Virus record (IMG/VR): IMGVR_UViG_3300023278_002893
Coordinates: 1-64,000 of that record
Direction: 5' to 3' (one strand)
DNA length: 64,000 nt
Under the pieces are notes generated by a model that saw only the letters and a list, made by a program, of their open reading frames with translations, made no database searches and was not told the DNA's origin. Below, piece after piece: positions 16,528 to 24,436 of this stretch. The number at the start of each line of letters is the position of its first letter. The stretch's first letter is position 1. Made by a program: the position numbers and the translations under genes.

Positions 16528-17280
16528 TTGCAATATTGCAATTACGTAAGTCGAATCAATACCCTGTTCGTAGTTCTTTGCGTCATTTTCACTCTCAGCA
16601 TCGCAAGTTCCGTATCTGCTATCACGATTCTCGACGATTTCGAAGACGGGGACACCGTTGGATGGGAAACATCCTCCTATTTTTCGAGCCCGGGCGCAGT
16701 ATCTTTCGGTGTCACAGATGGAAGATATCACCTCACAACGAACGGCGTTTCTGGTGACGGCCCCTACAACTATATGGCGTCCATGTACACCGACTCCTTG
16801 GTACCGGGGCGTTATATTGATAGCTCCTTGTCCCTAGACGTGAATGTTTCGGCTCTCGGCGGGGTAGCGGGAGTGTTCGTGCGTAGCGCGAACGCGACTT
16901 CAGGCTACGGAATGATGTTCGATACCGAATCCAACGCCATGTTCATCAGCAGGAGCGACGGAGTTAGTACCGTTCGTCTCGAAACACTGAATCGGAGTTT
17001 TGACCAAGATACCAACTACTCACTCCGAGCAATGGCGACCGGTGACCGATTGGACTTCAGGATCTGGGAATCGAGTATGGCCGAACCTGGCGCGTGGGAC
17101 ATCACTGTCTTTGACTCTACATACGGCTCCGGTGGCTTCGGCGTGTTGGCATCCCCCGGATATGTCGCCGGCTCGATCGGCGCGTCTTTTGACAATGCGG
17201 TATTCTCTCCGGAACCTGGAACTCTTGTACTTTTGGCTGGAGGTCTTGTCGGACTCGCAGTGTTGGGTAGGCGTAGGTAA
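16528..17280 (+). CDS. PEP-CTERM sorting-domain surface protein
   Basis: N-terminal signal peptide; C-terminus SPEPGTLVLLAGGLVGLAVLGRRR. Confidence 0.88.
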   Translation: MQYCNYVSRINTLFVVLCVIFTLSIASSVSAITILDDFEDGDTVGWETSSYFSSPGAVSFGVTDGRYHLTTNGVSGDGPYNYMASMYTDSLVPGRYIDSSLSLDVNVSALGGVAGVFVRSANATSGYGMMFDTESNAMFISRSDGVSTVRLETLNRSFDQDTNYSLRAMATGDRLDFRIWESSMAEPGAWDITVFDSTYGSGGFGVLASPGYVAGSIGASFDNAVFSPEPGTLVLLAGGLVGLAVLGRRR

Positions 17281-17291
17281 CCTACTGAGAA

Positions 17292-17320
17292 GGGGGACTA
17301 TCGTCCCCCAGGAGTTTTTA
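17292..17320 (+). terminator. probable intrinsic terminator after the PEP-CTERM gene
   Basis: GGGGGAC-TATC-GTCCCCC followed by AGGAGTTTTT. Confidence 0.45.
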
Positions 17321-17348
17321 TTCCGGCCGAAAAAAAAAGGAGAGACTG

Positions 17349-17498
17349 ATGACCCGTCAGACTAAGAGAACGACAGAATGGCTTACTTGTCTATGGTGTT
17401 ACGCCGTGTTCAAGGCACGCCCCGGGTTCGTCACACCAATCCATAAGAGAGACGGACAGCGGTGTCCTGGGAGCCATAAAGAAGGAGACGGCTGTTAA
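17349..17498 (+). CDS. small Cys/His zinc-finger-like protein, 49 aa
   Basis: AAGGAG RBS; CLWC...H.....CPGS. Confidence 0.5.
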   Translation: MTRQTKRTTEWLTCLWCYAVFKARPGFVTPIHKRDGQRCPGSHKEGDGC

Positions 17499-17807
17499 AT
17501 GATCAAGAAATGGTTTATCTGCTCATGGAAACACAGAGAACATCGATGTTACCCTAGAGATCCGAATGGGTGGTGGCACTGTATGAAATGTCACCCCTGC
17601 GATGAATGGCTGAATAAGTGGTTGGAAAAAATGAGGAAAAAAGAGGAGAAAACTATGGCTGAGAAAGAAACGAAAAAACCTAAACCCGATGTCACCGTGA
17701 GACCAATCGAAGGTTTGATGCTCGCCGAGGCACAGATCAGAAAGAAGAGTGATCTTCAGAAAAACATCGTCAAGGATACGGCGAATCAAGAGAACGAAGA
17801 GATATAA
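17499..17807 (+). CDS. hypothetical protein
   Basis: AAGGAG RBS; may really be two short ORFs. Confidence 0.5.
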   Translation: MIKKWFICSWKHREHRCYPRDPNGWWHCMKCHPCDEWLNKWLEKMRKKEEKTMAEKETKKPKPDVTVRPIEGLMLAEAQIRKKSDLQKNIVKDTANQENEEI

Positions 17808-17833
17808 ACCTACAGAGAATCCGAGGGTATTAC

Positions 17834-17910
17834 ACCCCGGTAGCTCAGTGGGTTAGAGCATCAGGCTTATATCCTGACGGTCGTAGGTTCAAGTCCTACC
17901 CGGGGTACCA
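17834..17910 (+). tRNA. trnI: tRNA-Ile(TAT)
   Basis: ACCCCGG/CCGGGGT, stem TCAGG/CCTGA, loop CT-TAT-AT, A73, CCA. Confidence 0.93.
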
Positions 17911-18026
17911 GTGTATTTTTCAGAGTAGAGGAGTTTTGTTGTATGTATATGATTTTGTGGGCGCTGACAACTTACGCCCGCGCTGAGTAAATATGATACG
18001 CAAGAAGTGCGGTAGGAGGTAAGACA

Positions 18027-18302
18027 ATGCCTGAAATACCCGAAAGAGACTTTAGGATAGGCCCCCCTATATGGTGGATTATCCATTTTGATAAATTCGG
18101 AAACATATCGAACATAGAAGAACACGAAAAAGAAAAGAAAATAAGCGTAACTAAGTCTCCTGACAAAACCTGGCGGGAGTTCCTCACTACGCGAGTAAGT
18201 AACGGACATTCGGGCACCGCAGTACAGAAAACTGCCCGCGCACAGGCGTTCCTGCGCAGAATGGGGATACTAGAAGAAGAGAGAGGCGTAAGAGCAAACT
18301 AA
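18027..18302 (+). CDS. hypothetical protein
   Basis: AGGAGG RBS. Confidence 0.6.
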   Translation: MPEIPERDFRIGPPIWWIIHFDKFGNISNIEEHEKEKKISVTKSPDKTWREFLTTRVSNGHSGTAVQKTARAQAFLRRMGILEEERGVRAN

Positions 18303-18403
18303 GGGGCACACAGCGTGCCCCAAAACAAAAGGCGAGGTACGTGAAAGCGTATACTCACATCCAGTGAAAGCTGTGATGACGTCATAAAGGACGGTGAATA
18401 AAA

Positions 18404-19264
18404 ATGAGTAACATAAGGATCCTAAAGCAGGTGAGGGATGGTGGTATCATCCTTCAAGAACAATTCAAAGGGATGTTCTTCTCCGGAGGAGAACCCCACG
18501 TGGTAATCGAAGCTCCCGACAAGTTGGCGGGGGCTTCTGTCATTTTGGATGCTCGGGTAGGTTCCCCGGCAGATATGATGATGCTTCTCGCGGTAACCAA
18601 TGCCGTGAAGGAGTGTGATGCTAAAGAGATTTCTCTTCTTCTGCCCTACTTCCCGGGAGCGCGGCAAGACAGATCCGAATCTGGATTTGCTGTCACCTCC
18701 AAAATGTTCGCAGCAATTATCAATCTCCAAGGATACAAGGTTGTGGGGGTAGTAGATCCCCATTCTGTTGCAGCGATCGAAGACCTGGAACGATGTGTTC
18801 CGTTGTCTCCGATCCCACTGATCAAACAGTTCCTCCCCGAGGGGCTGGTTGGTTTGATTTGCCCCGACGAGGGGGCCATTCCGAGGACTGAGGCGCTTGC
18901 CAAAGAACTCGGAGGTGTGCATGTGGTGTATGCCCATAAGAAACGAGATCCAAGGACGGGTAAGCTTACCGGTTTCACCTTGGATCCTCTCCCCGAAGAA
19001 GGTAACTGGCTTCTCGCAGATGATATCTGTGATGCAGGCGGAACCTTCATGGGAACGGCAGGTCAGTACCTGGAAGATCCCAAAGGTACCGGGCCTCTCC
19101 ATCTATGGACAACGCACGGCATCTATTCCAGAGGACTGGAAGAACTCGCCGGTTATTTCGCAACGATAGGGTGCTCTGATTCTTTCCCGAGCGCCGTCAA
19201 TCCCCACCCACAACTCCAGGTGGTTTCCATTCTGGACAACCTTGATCTCCTAGGAGGTATCTAA
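18404..19264 (+). CDS. prs: PRPP-synthetase-like protein (probable Adps of NARP1)
   Basis: FSGGEPHV, LPYFPGARQDR, VDPHS, ICPDEGA, KKRD, LADDICDAGGTF. Confidence 0.92.
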   Translation: MSNIRILKQVRDGGIILQEQFKGMFFSGGEPHVVIEAPDKLAGASVILDARVGSPADMMMLLAVTNAVKECDAKEISLLLPYFPGARQDRSESGFAVTSKMFAAIINLQGYKVVGVVDPHSVAAIEDLERCVPLSPIPLIKQFLPEGLVGLICPDEGAIPRTEALAKELGGVHVVYAHKKRDPRTGKLTGFTLDPLPEEGNWLLADDICDAGGTFMGTAGQYLEDPKGTGPLHLWTTHGIYSRGLEELAGYFATIGCSDSFPSAVNPHPQLQVVSILDNLDLLGGI

Positions 19265-19266
19265 TC

Positions 19267-20754
19267 ATGTTCCAATACGCACCCGAATCGGCGTTCGACG
19301 GATACAAAGGCGACCATCGTCGTCAATACCCCGACATGACACAATATGTCAATTCCAACTGGACTGCCCGCGGGTCCAGAGTCCAAGGGCAAAGGGAGGT
19401 TGTTTCGTTCTCCCTTCAAGCATTCCTTCAGGAACGTATGATGGACGACTTTCAACGGCTGTTCTTCGATGTACCGCTGGAAAAGGTACTGAAGAGGCAC
19501 GCTCGTCGGATGAACGGTTATCTCGGTCCCAACGACATGGGGGTTCAGCACATCGCCGACCTCCACGATCTGGGCTACGTACCTCTCCAGTTTTCTGGAT
19601 TGGAGGAGGGCACCCTGTGTCCGCTGCGCGTACCCCAATTCACTGTGCAGAACACACTTCCAGAGTTCTTCTGGATGACCAATGCATATGAAACCTTGAC
19701 CTCTACCTCGGTTTGGCAGCCCTCGACCTCGGCAACCACTGCCTATCGGTTTCGGAAGCTGCTGAATCAGTATGGGGCATTCACGGGGACAGCCCCCGAA
19801 GGTATTGGCTACCAAGGCCACGACTTCAGTTTCCGGGGACTACCCGGCCTGGAGGCGGCGGCCGCATCTGCTGCTGGTCACCTCCTGTCCTTCATCGGAA
19901 CGGATACTGTCCCGGCACTGGATTGGATCGAGCAGTACTACTGGGGCGACGAGCCGGACGATTATGTCATCGGCCAGTCAGTTTTCGCGACGGAGCACTC
20001 TGTCATGTGCGCCGGCGGAAAAGTTGGAGAACTTCAGACTTTCGAACGTCTGCTGGGTCTCTACCCCACCGGCATCTTCTCGGTAGTGTCCGACACCTGG
20101 AACCTGTGGCACGTCCTCACGGACATCCTTCCCAAACTCAAAGACCAGATCATGGAGCGCGAGGGCAAGATGGTCATTCGCCCCGACTCGGGTAACCCTG
20201 CAGACATTCTCTGCGGTGATCCCGAGGCAGTACGAGGAACTCCCGAGAGCAAGGGCGTTGTTCAACTGCTGTGGGAGGTCTTTGGCGGAACGAAGAACAA
20301 GTACGGTTACAAGGAGCTGGATTCCCACATCGGTTGCATCTACGGGGACGCCATCACCTTCGAGCGTGCTACAGAGATCATGCAGAGGCTGGCAGCATCG
20401 GGATTTGCTTCCGGCAACGTGGTCTTCGGGGTCGGTTCCTACAGCTATCAGCACGTCACCCGGGACACCTATGGACATGCCATGAAGGCTACTTGGGCGC
20501 AGGTTGATGGTGAAGGTCGAGACCTGTTCAAGAAACCGATCACCGATGGTGGTGAGAAGTTCTCCGCGACCGGACGGCTGGCAGTTCATGCCTACGACGA
20601 CGGTGAGCTGTATGTAATCGAGAAGGCCACTCCGGAGGAAGAAGCGGCATCGCTTCTGGTGCCTCGGTGGAAAGACGGTGAGTTCCTGAGCCGTACCTCC
20701 ATCTCTCAGGTACGAGCCAAGCTCTGGAGCGGTCAGCACGAGACCTCACTGTAG
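19267..20754 (+). CDS. nadV: nicotinamide phosphoribosyltransferase-like protein (probable Namat of NARP1)
   Basis: DGYKGDH..QYP, HDFSFRG, ATEHSVMC, SVVSDTWN, VIRPDSG, IYGDAIT, FGVGSYSYQ. Confidence 0.95.
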   Translation: MFQYAPESAFDGYKGDHRRQYPDMTQYVNSNWTARGSRVQGQREVVSFSLQAFLQERMMDDFQRLFFDVPLEKVLKRHARRMNGYLGPNDMGVQHIADLHDLGYVPLQFSGLEEGTLCPLRVPQFTVQNTLPEFFWMTNAYETLTSTSVWQPSTSATTAYRFRKLLNQYGAFTGTAPEGIGYQGHDFSFRGLPGLEAAAASAAGHLLSFIGTDTVPALDWIEQYYWGDEPDDYVIGQSVFATEHSVMCAGGKVGELQTFERLLGLYPTGIFSVVSDTWNLWHVLTDILPKLKDQIMEREGKMVIRPDSGNPADILCGDPEAVRGTPESKGVVQLLWEVFGGTKNKYGYKELDSHIGCIYGDAITFERATEIMQRLAASGFASGNVVFGVGSYSYQHVTRDTYGHAMKATWAQVDGEGRDLFKKPITDGGEKFSATGRLAVHAYDDGELYVIEKATPEEEAASLLVPRWKDGEFLSRTSISQVRAKLWSGQHETSL

Positions 20755-20787
20755 GGGAAAACAGGGATCGTAACACTCTGTCGAAGC

Positions 20788-20831
20788 GTGCATTTGAGGC
20801 GGCCTTTCCTAGAAGGGTCGCCTCTTTGCAC
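20788..20831 (+). terminator. long hairpin after nadV (terminator or RNA-stabilising stem)
   Basis: GTGCA..GAGGCGGCCTTTC-CTA-GAAGGGTCGCCTC..TGCAC with G.U pairs on the + strand. Confidence 0.4.
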
Positions 20832-20881
20832 TTACTGCCATCGGGCGTGCGAGGTGAGAGAACTCTTGGAGGTACCTGACT

Positions 20882-21076
20882 GTGGATGAAGACAGTGTAG
20901 TGGATCATGCCAAGCAACAAGATCTCCTGACCATGTACCAGAGCGTTGAACGGATGAATGGGCATATCTTGTCTGGCAACAACGACGGTGTGATATTTGA
21001 GCAACATCTACAGATGAATCTGCGCAGTAACTTTCGAGAACTACAAAGAAGGCAAGGCGTAGACTCTGAACTCTAA
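20882..21076 (+). CDS. hypothetical protein
   Basis: GGAGG RBS, GTG start. Confidence 0.5.
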   Translation: MDEDSVVDHAKQQDLLTMYQSVERMNGHILSGNNDGVIFEQHLQMNLRSNFRELQRRQGVDSEL

Positions 21077-21094
21077 GAGTGAAGGAGTTAGAAC

Positions 21095-22165
21095 ATGGGT
21101 CGTCACCCATTGGAACAAGAACCGGAGTGGTTTTTCGAGCAAAGGACTGTACAAGTCCACGCTCCTATCTATCGAGTAGTGAACGATTTCAACAAGGGTC
21201 CCCTTAAGAACCGGAAGATGGTGATCGCCGGTCAAGATGTGTGTCGTGAGGGTGTAATCCACGGCGTCCGTCGTAAGTTGGGAGAAGCTCTTGGGTTCGT
21301 GAGAAACGATGAGCACTGCTTCTGGAGGAAGTCATTTGTCCTTCATTCCTCCCCCGACATGAACCATGAGTCTCTTAAGCAACCTGGTTTGTCTTGGGTA
21401 GCAGTGAAGGGGACTCACATTTCCGGATATAGGATGGGACCAAACCCACACTATGGCAAAAGGCCGAAGTGGGAATACGGAAGCGACTCACATCATGTCC
21501 GTAAGCCCTTTGTTCGTAGCGAGGGGGCGACGGTTCTGTCCGATGAGGATGTCGATAACTACCTTCGGTTGTGTGACGCAGTGGTGGGGCCGATTACCGT
21601 GCTGTTAAATCCTGATCGCTACACAGGCAATTGGTGGCGAACAGAGGTTGGGGACTCAATGCAGAGAGATGGGTTCCTCAGATGGTATGGAATAGACAAC
21701 ACGGCCTTATGGCACCCCGCACTGGTCTCCCTGTACACAGGGCTGGTGAGACAGTGCGCATTCATGGCCCGGACTGGGGTGGTAGATCAGGTCCTATCAG
21801 ATGTAGAGGGGTTGGGCCTGGAAGAGTGCCTCACGGAGTCAGATGAGTCATTGGCCTTAGAGATCATGAAGAAGATGGAGAAGTGGATCGCAGTGCCCCG
21901 ACCAAAGAGCGGAGGTGTTGAGAACATTCCTATTCCCCGAGGGACTTTGAACAAGATCACATCTCTACACAAGGCGCTCTACAATCATGGCTTCTCCAAA
22001 ACTTTCGGGAGGAGCATGCTGGCCGGATGGAATGTGGCAAACCCCTATGGGAACGAAGGACAACGTAAGAATCCAAACTACAGAGGTATCCACTCCTTTA
22101 TGGGCAGATCAGGGACCTCAGGGAGGGGTAAGGCTATCAAGAAACTATCTTTGGTATCAGGGTAG
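21095..22165 (+). CDS. divergent COOH-NH2 ligase type 2 (phiEco32-like) paralog
   Basis: CREG, GTHISG, LCDAVVGPITVLL, LRWYGIDN..LWHPAL align with ligase motifs; no GxDPE. Confidence 0.6.
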   Translation: MGRHPLEQEPEWFFEQRTVQVHAPIYRVVNDFNKGPLKNRKMVIAGQDVCREGVIHGVRRKLGEALGFVRNDEHCFWRKSFVLHSSPDMNHESLKQPGLSWVAVKGTHISGYRMGPNPHYGKRPKWEYGSDSHHVRKPFVRSEGATVLSDEDVDNYLRLCDAVVGPITVLLNPDRYTGNWWRTEVGDSMQRDGFLRWYGIDNTALWHPALVSLYTGLVRQCAFMARTGVVDQVLSDVEGLGLEECLTESDESLALEIMKKMEKWIAVPRPKSGGVENIPIPRGTLNKITSLHKALYNHGFSKTFGRSMLAGWNVANPYGNEGQRKNPNYRGIHSFMGRSGTSGRGKAIKKLSLVSG

Positions 22166-22181
22166 TGGGTATGAGTAATGC

Positions 22182-22268
22182 GGGCGTGTGGCGGAACTGG
22201 TAGACGCAGAGGACTTAAAATCCTCGGGTCGCAAGACCGTGTGGGTTCGATTCCCATCTCGCCTACCA
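22182..22268 (+). tRNA. trnL: tRNA-Leu(TAA)
   Basis: Stem GAGGA/TCCTC, loop CT-TAA-AA, long variable arm, A73, CCA. Confidence 0.92.
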
Positions 22269-22301
22269 GAAGATGGACAACCTTAAAAGATCGAGGAAAG
22301 T

Positions 22302-23276
22302 ATGACGCACCCTCTTACGGGTAACGTGCAGTGGAAGTTTTGGCAGCCCTATCTACAAGCGAAGGTTACATTCCTGGTGATGGGGATGAAGGGAGACAAG
22401 GCGACCACAAGCTCCGCGGTGCCAGAAAGTACTTGCCGAGAGGGTATCCTGGAAAACATGAGGACCCATCTACACGACAAGGTGCTGGAGCACCGGAGTT
22501 CGTGGAGAGACGACGGTACTCACCGCCGTATAGCACGGATTCGCCTGTTCGATGAGCGCCTTCAGGAAACTATGGCTGGAGGGAACCAGCTACGAGTTTC
22601 CGAGAACGGTCTCAAAAGACTGGGCGAACACGACGCTAAGCTCTCGAAGGATTCGATTGCCAAATTCCTTATGGTGGCCGATGCGGTCGTGGGTATCCCC
22701 AGTATTCTGCTGTCCCACATGCGTCCAGAAGGGGAGTGGTGGAGATCAGATCCCGACAAATGCATCCGAGCCAACTACGTCTGTTGGAACGGTACCGATA
22801 ACTGGTTCCTAAGGCACCCCGCCCTGCTCTCAGTGGCGACGGGGCTATACCGACAAGCGGGGATGCTCCACGGGCATGGGTTCAGTGATCAGATACTGGA
22901 GTGTGTGTCCAGGGAGGACGTAGAGGAGGCTTTGACCACAGGTGACACGGATCTCGCAGAAAGGCTCGCCAAGAAGTTGCGACCGTGGATCGAAGTACCC
23001 GTTGGTATAGAGGGGAGCCCGTGTAATTATCCATTCCCGATCGGGCAATGGAAGAGATTTGATTATCTCCAGCGTGCCCAAAGACGCCACAACTACAAGA
23101 AGGTATTCGGTGGGAGCTTTTACGACAGTTGGGGACTGGAGGAGATCGGCAACGGTGAGGAGTGGTTAGGAACATTGGATTATTGGGGACGTCCTGGGAA
23201 GGAGAACCCCCCGTACGACACCCCCGTAAGACTGGGGACTGTGAAAAGGAGGACACGGAGTGCCTCTAAGTCTTAA
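22302..23276 (+). CDS. divergent COOH-NH2 ligase type 2 paralog
   Basis: CREG, VADAVVGIPSILL, CWNGTDNWFLRHPALLSVATGLYRQA; clear paralog of 21095..22165. Confidence 0.6.
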   Translation: MTHPLTGNVQWKFWQPYLQAKVTFLVMGMKGDKATTSSAVPESTCREGILENMRTHLHDKVLEHRSSWRDDGTHRRIARIRLFDERLQETMAGGNQLRVSENGLKRLGEHDAKLSKDSIAKFLMVADAVVGIPSILLSHMRPEGEWWRSDPDKCIRANYVCWNGTDNWFLRHPALLSVATGLYRQAGMLHGHGFSDQILECVSREDVEEALTTGDTDLAERLAKKLRPWIEVPVGIEGSPCNYPFPIGQWKRFDYLQRAQRRHNYKKVFGGSFYDSWGLEEIGNGEEWLGTLDYWGRPGKENPPYDTPVRLGTVKRRTRSASKS

Positions 23277-23745
23277 GAGGAAACTCGAACGATCTGCAAC
23301 GGTTGATACCGTGAAATTCATAGTACCTTATATATTTCTACCCCCTCGCTTCAAGGATATTTCTAAAAACCGTAACATGATTCTATTCGTTGATCTTGAT
23401 CTCGTAACACACGTTCAATGGGAAGGATCTTTGCTGGACGGTGATCTCCCTCTGAAAACAAAAGCGGTGAAGAGATTGGTCAAGGAATGCTTCAGAAACA
23501 TGAAGAAGTATCAGATCGATCTAAAAACCTTCTCAAAATTCGTCGGGGAGTGGGGTGAGAATCCTTTTTGGGGTCGACGGACAGAAAATTTAGGTACAGA
23601 CCATAAACCAAAGTCTGCAGAAAAAAGAGATGAAACTGAAGTACCTGCTGTCGTAGGGGGAAAACTGGAGACAGTACAAATATCGGATTTTTTGGAGGGG
23701 ATGGGAGGTGAGAGTCCAATGCCCTCAGGTCCCCTAGATTGGTGA
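23260..23745 (+). CDS. hypothetical protein
   Basis: 161 aa, GGAG RBS. Confidence 0.55.
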   Translation: MPLSLKRKLERSATVDTVKFIVPYIFLPPRFKDISKNRNMILFVDLDLVTHVQWEGSLLDGDLPLKTKAVKRLVKECFRNMKKYQIDLKTFSKFVGEWGENPFWGRRTENLGTDHKPKSAEKRDETEVPAVVGGKLETVQISDFLEGMGGESPMPSGPLDW

Positions 23746-23751
23746 GGTACT

Positions 23752-24420
23752 ATGAGCAAAGGTTTAATCTACGTCATGGACATGGAGTCCTCTCTGAGTG
23801 ACGCGCTTGCACGGAGAGTGGTTGATATGGATCAGCACATGATTTACCGTAAATGGGACATGGCGATCGATCCCACACAGGAGGTGAGCGCTTACAAAGA
23901 TGTGCTCAAAGGAATTATCATCTCCGGGTCTGTAAAGAACATCAACAGTAAGAAAGTAGACCCACCACAACTTCCCGCTATCTTCTTCGAGTTGGGAGTT
24001 CCCATTCTGGGGATCTGCTACGGTCATCAGCTGCTGGGACATTTAGCCGGGCAAAAGATAATACGTTGCTGGGACGAATCCGATCTCGAGAAAAGGACTC
24101 CCGCCAATCGCAAGAAGGACAAGGGGGAACAGGGCCCGACCATGCTCACACTTACGGAAGATGGTCAGAAATCCAAGTTATTCGAAGGTTTGGCTAAATC
24201 TTTTCCCGTCTGGATGAAGCATAACTGGATGGTAGAGGCTCTTCCCACCCCCAACTGGAAACTAACTGCGTCTACAGGGAAGTGTGGAGTTGCTGCTATG
24301 GAAGTGGGTAACATCTATTCCGTTCAGTTCCATCCAGAACCTTTTAACTCCCTGTTTGGAAAGATTATTTTACATAACTTCATGCAGAACATTTGTGGAG
24401 TAGAGACTCCTTACTTCTAA
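23752..24420 (+). CDS. stand-alone class I glutamine amidotransferase (GMP-synthase GATase-like)
   Basis: GIIISG, PILGICYGHQ, SVQFHPE (Cys-His-Glu triad intact). Confidence 0.9.
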   Translation: MSKGLIYVMDMESSLSDALARRVVDMDQHMIYRKWDMAIDPTQEVSAYKDVLKGIIISGSVKNINSKKVDPPQLPAIFFELGVPILGICYGHQLLGHLAGQKIIRCWDESDLEKRTPANRKKDKGEQGPTMLTLTEDGQKSKLFEGLAKSFPVWMKHNWMVEALPTPNWKLTASTGKCGVAAMEVGNIYSVQFHPEPFNSLFGKIILHNFMQNICGVETPYF

Positions 24421-24436
24421 GGAATAAGGAACTATT

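Noticed and set aside
18422-20739. Long minus-strand ORFs (18422..19102, 19261..19821, 19978..20739)
   Set aside because: Antisense shadows of the prs-like and nadV-like genes
18404-20754. NARP2 (Nampt plus Nmnat) assignment
   Set aside because: The partner gene is Prs-like, and no HxGH-type Nmnat was seen in the window
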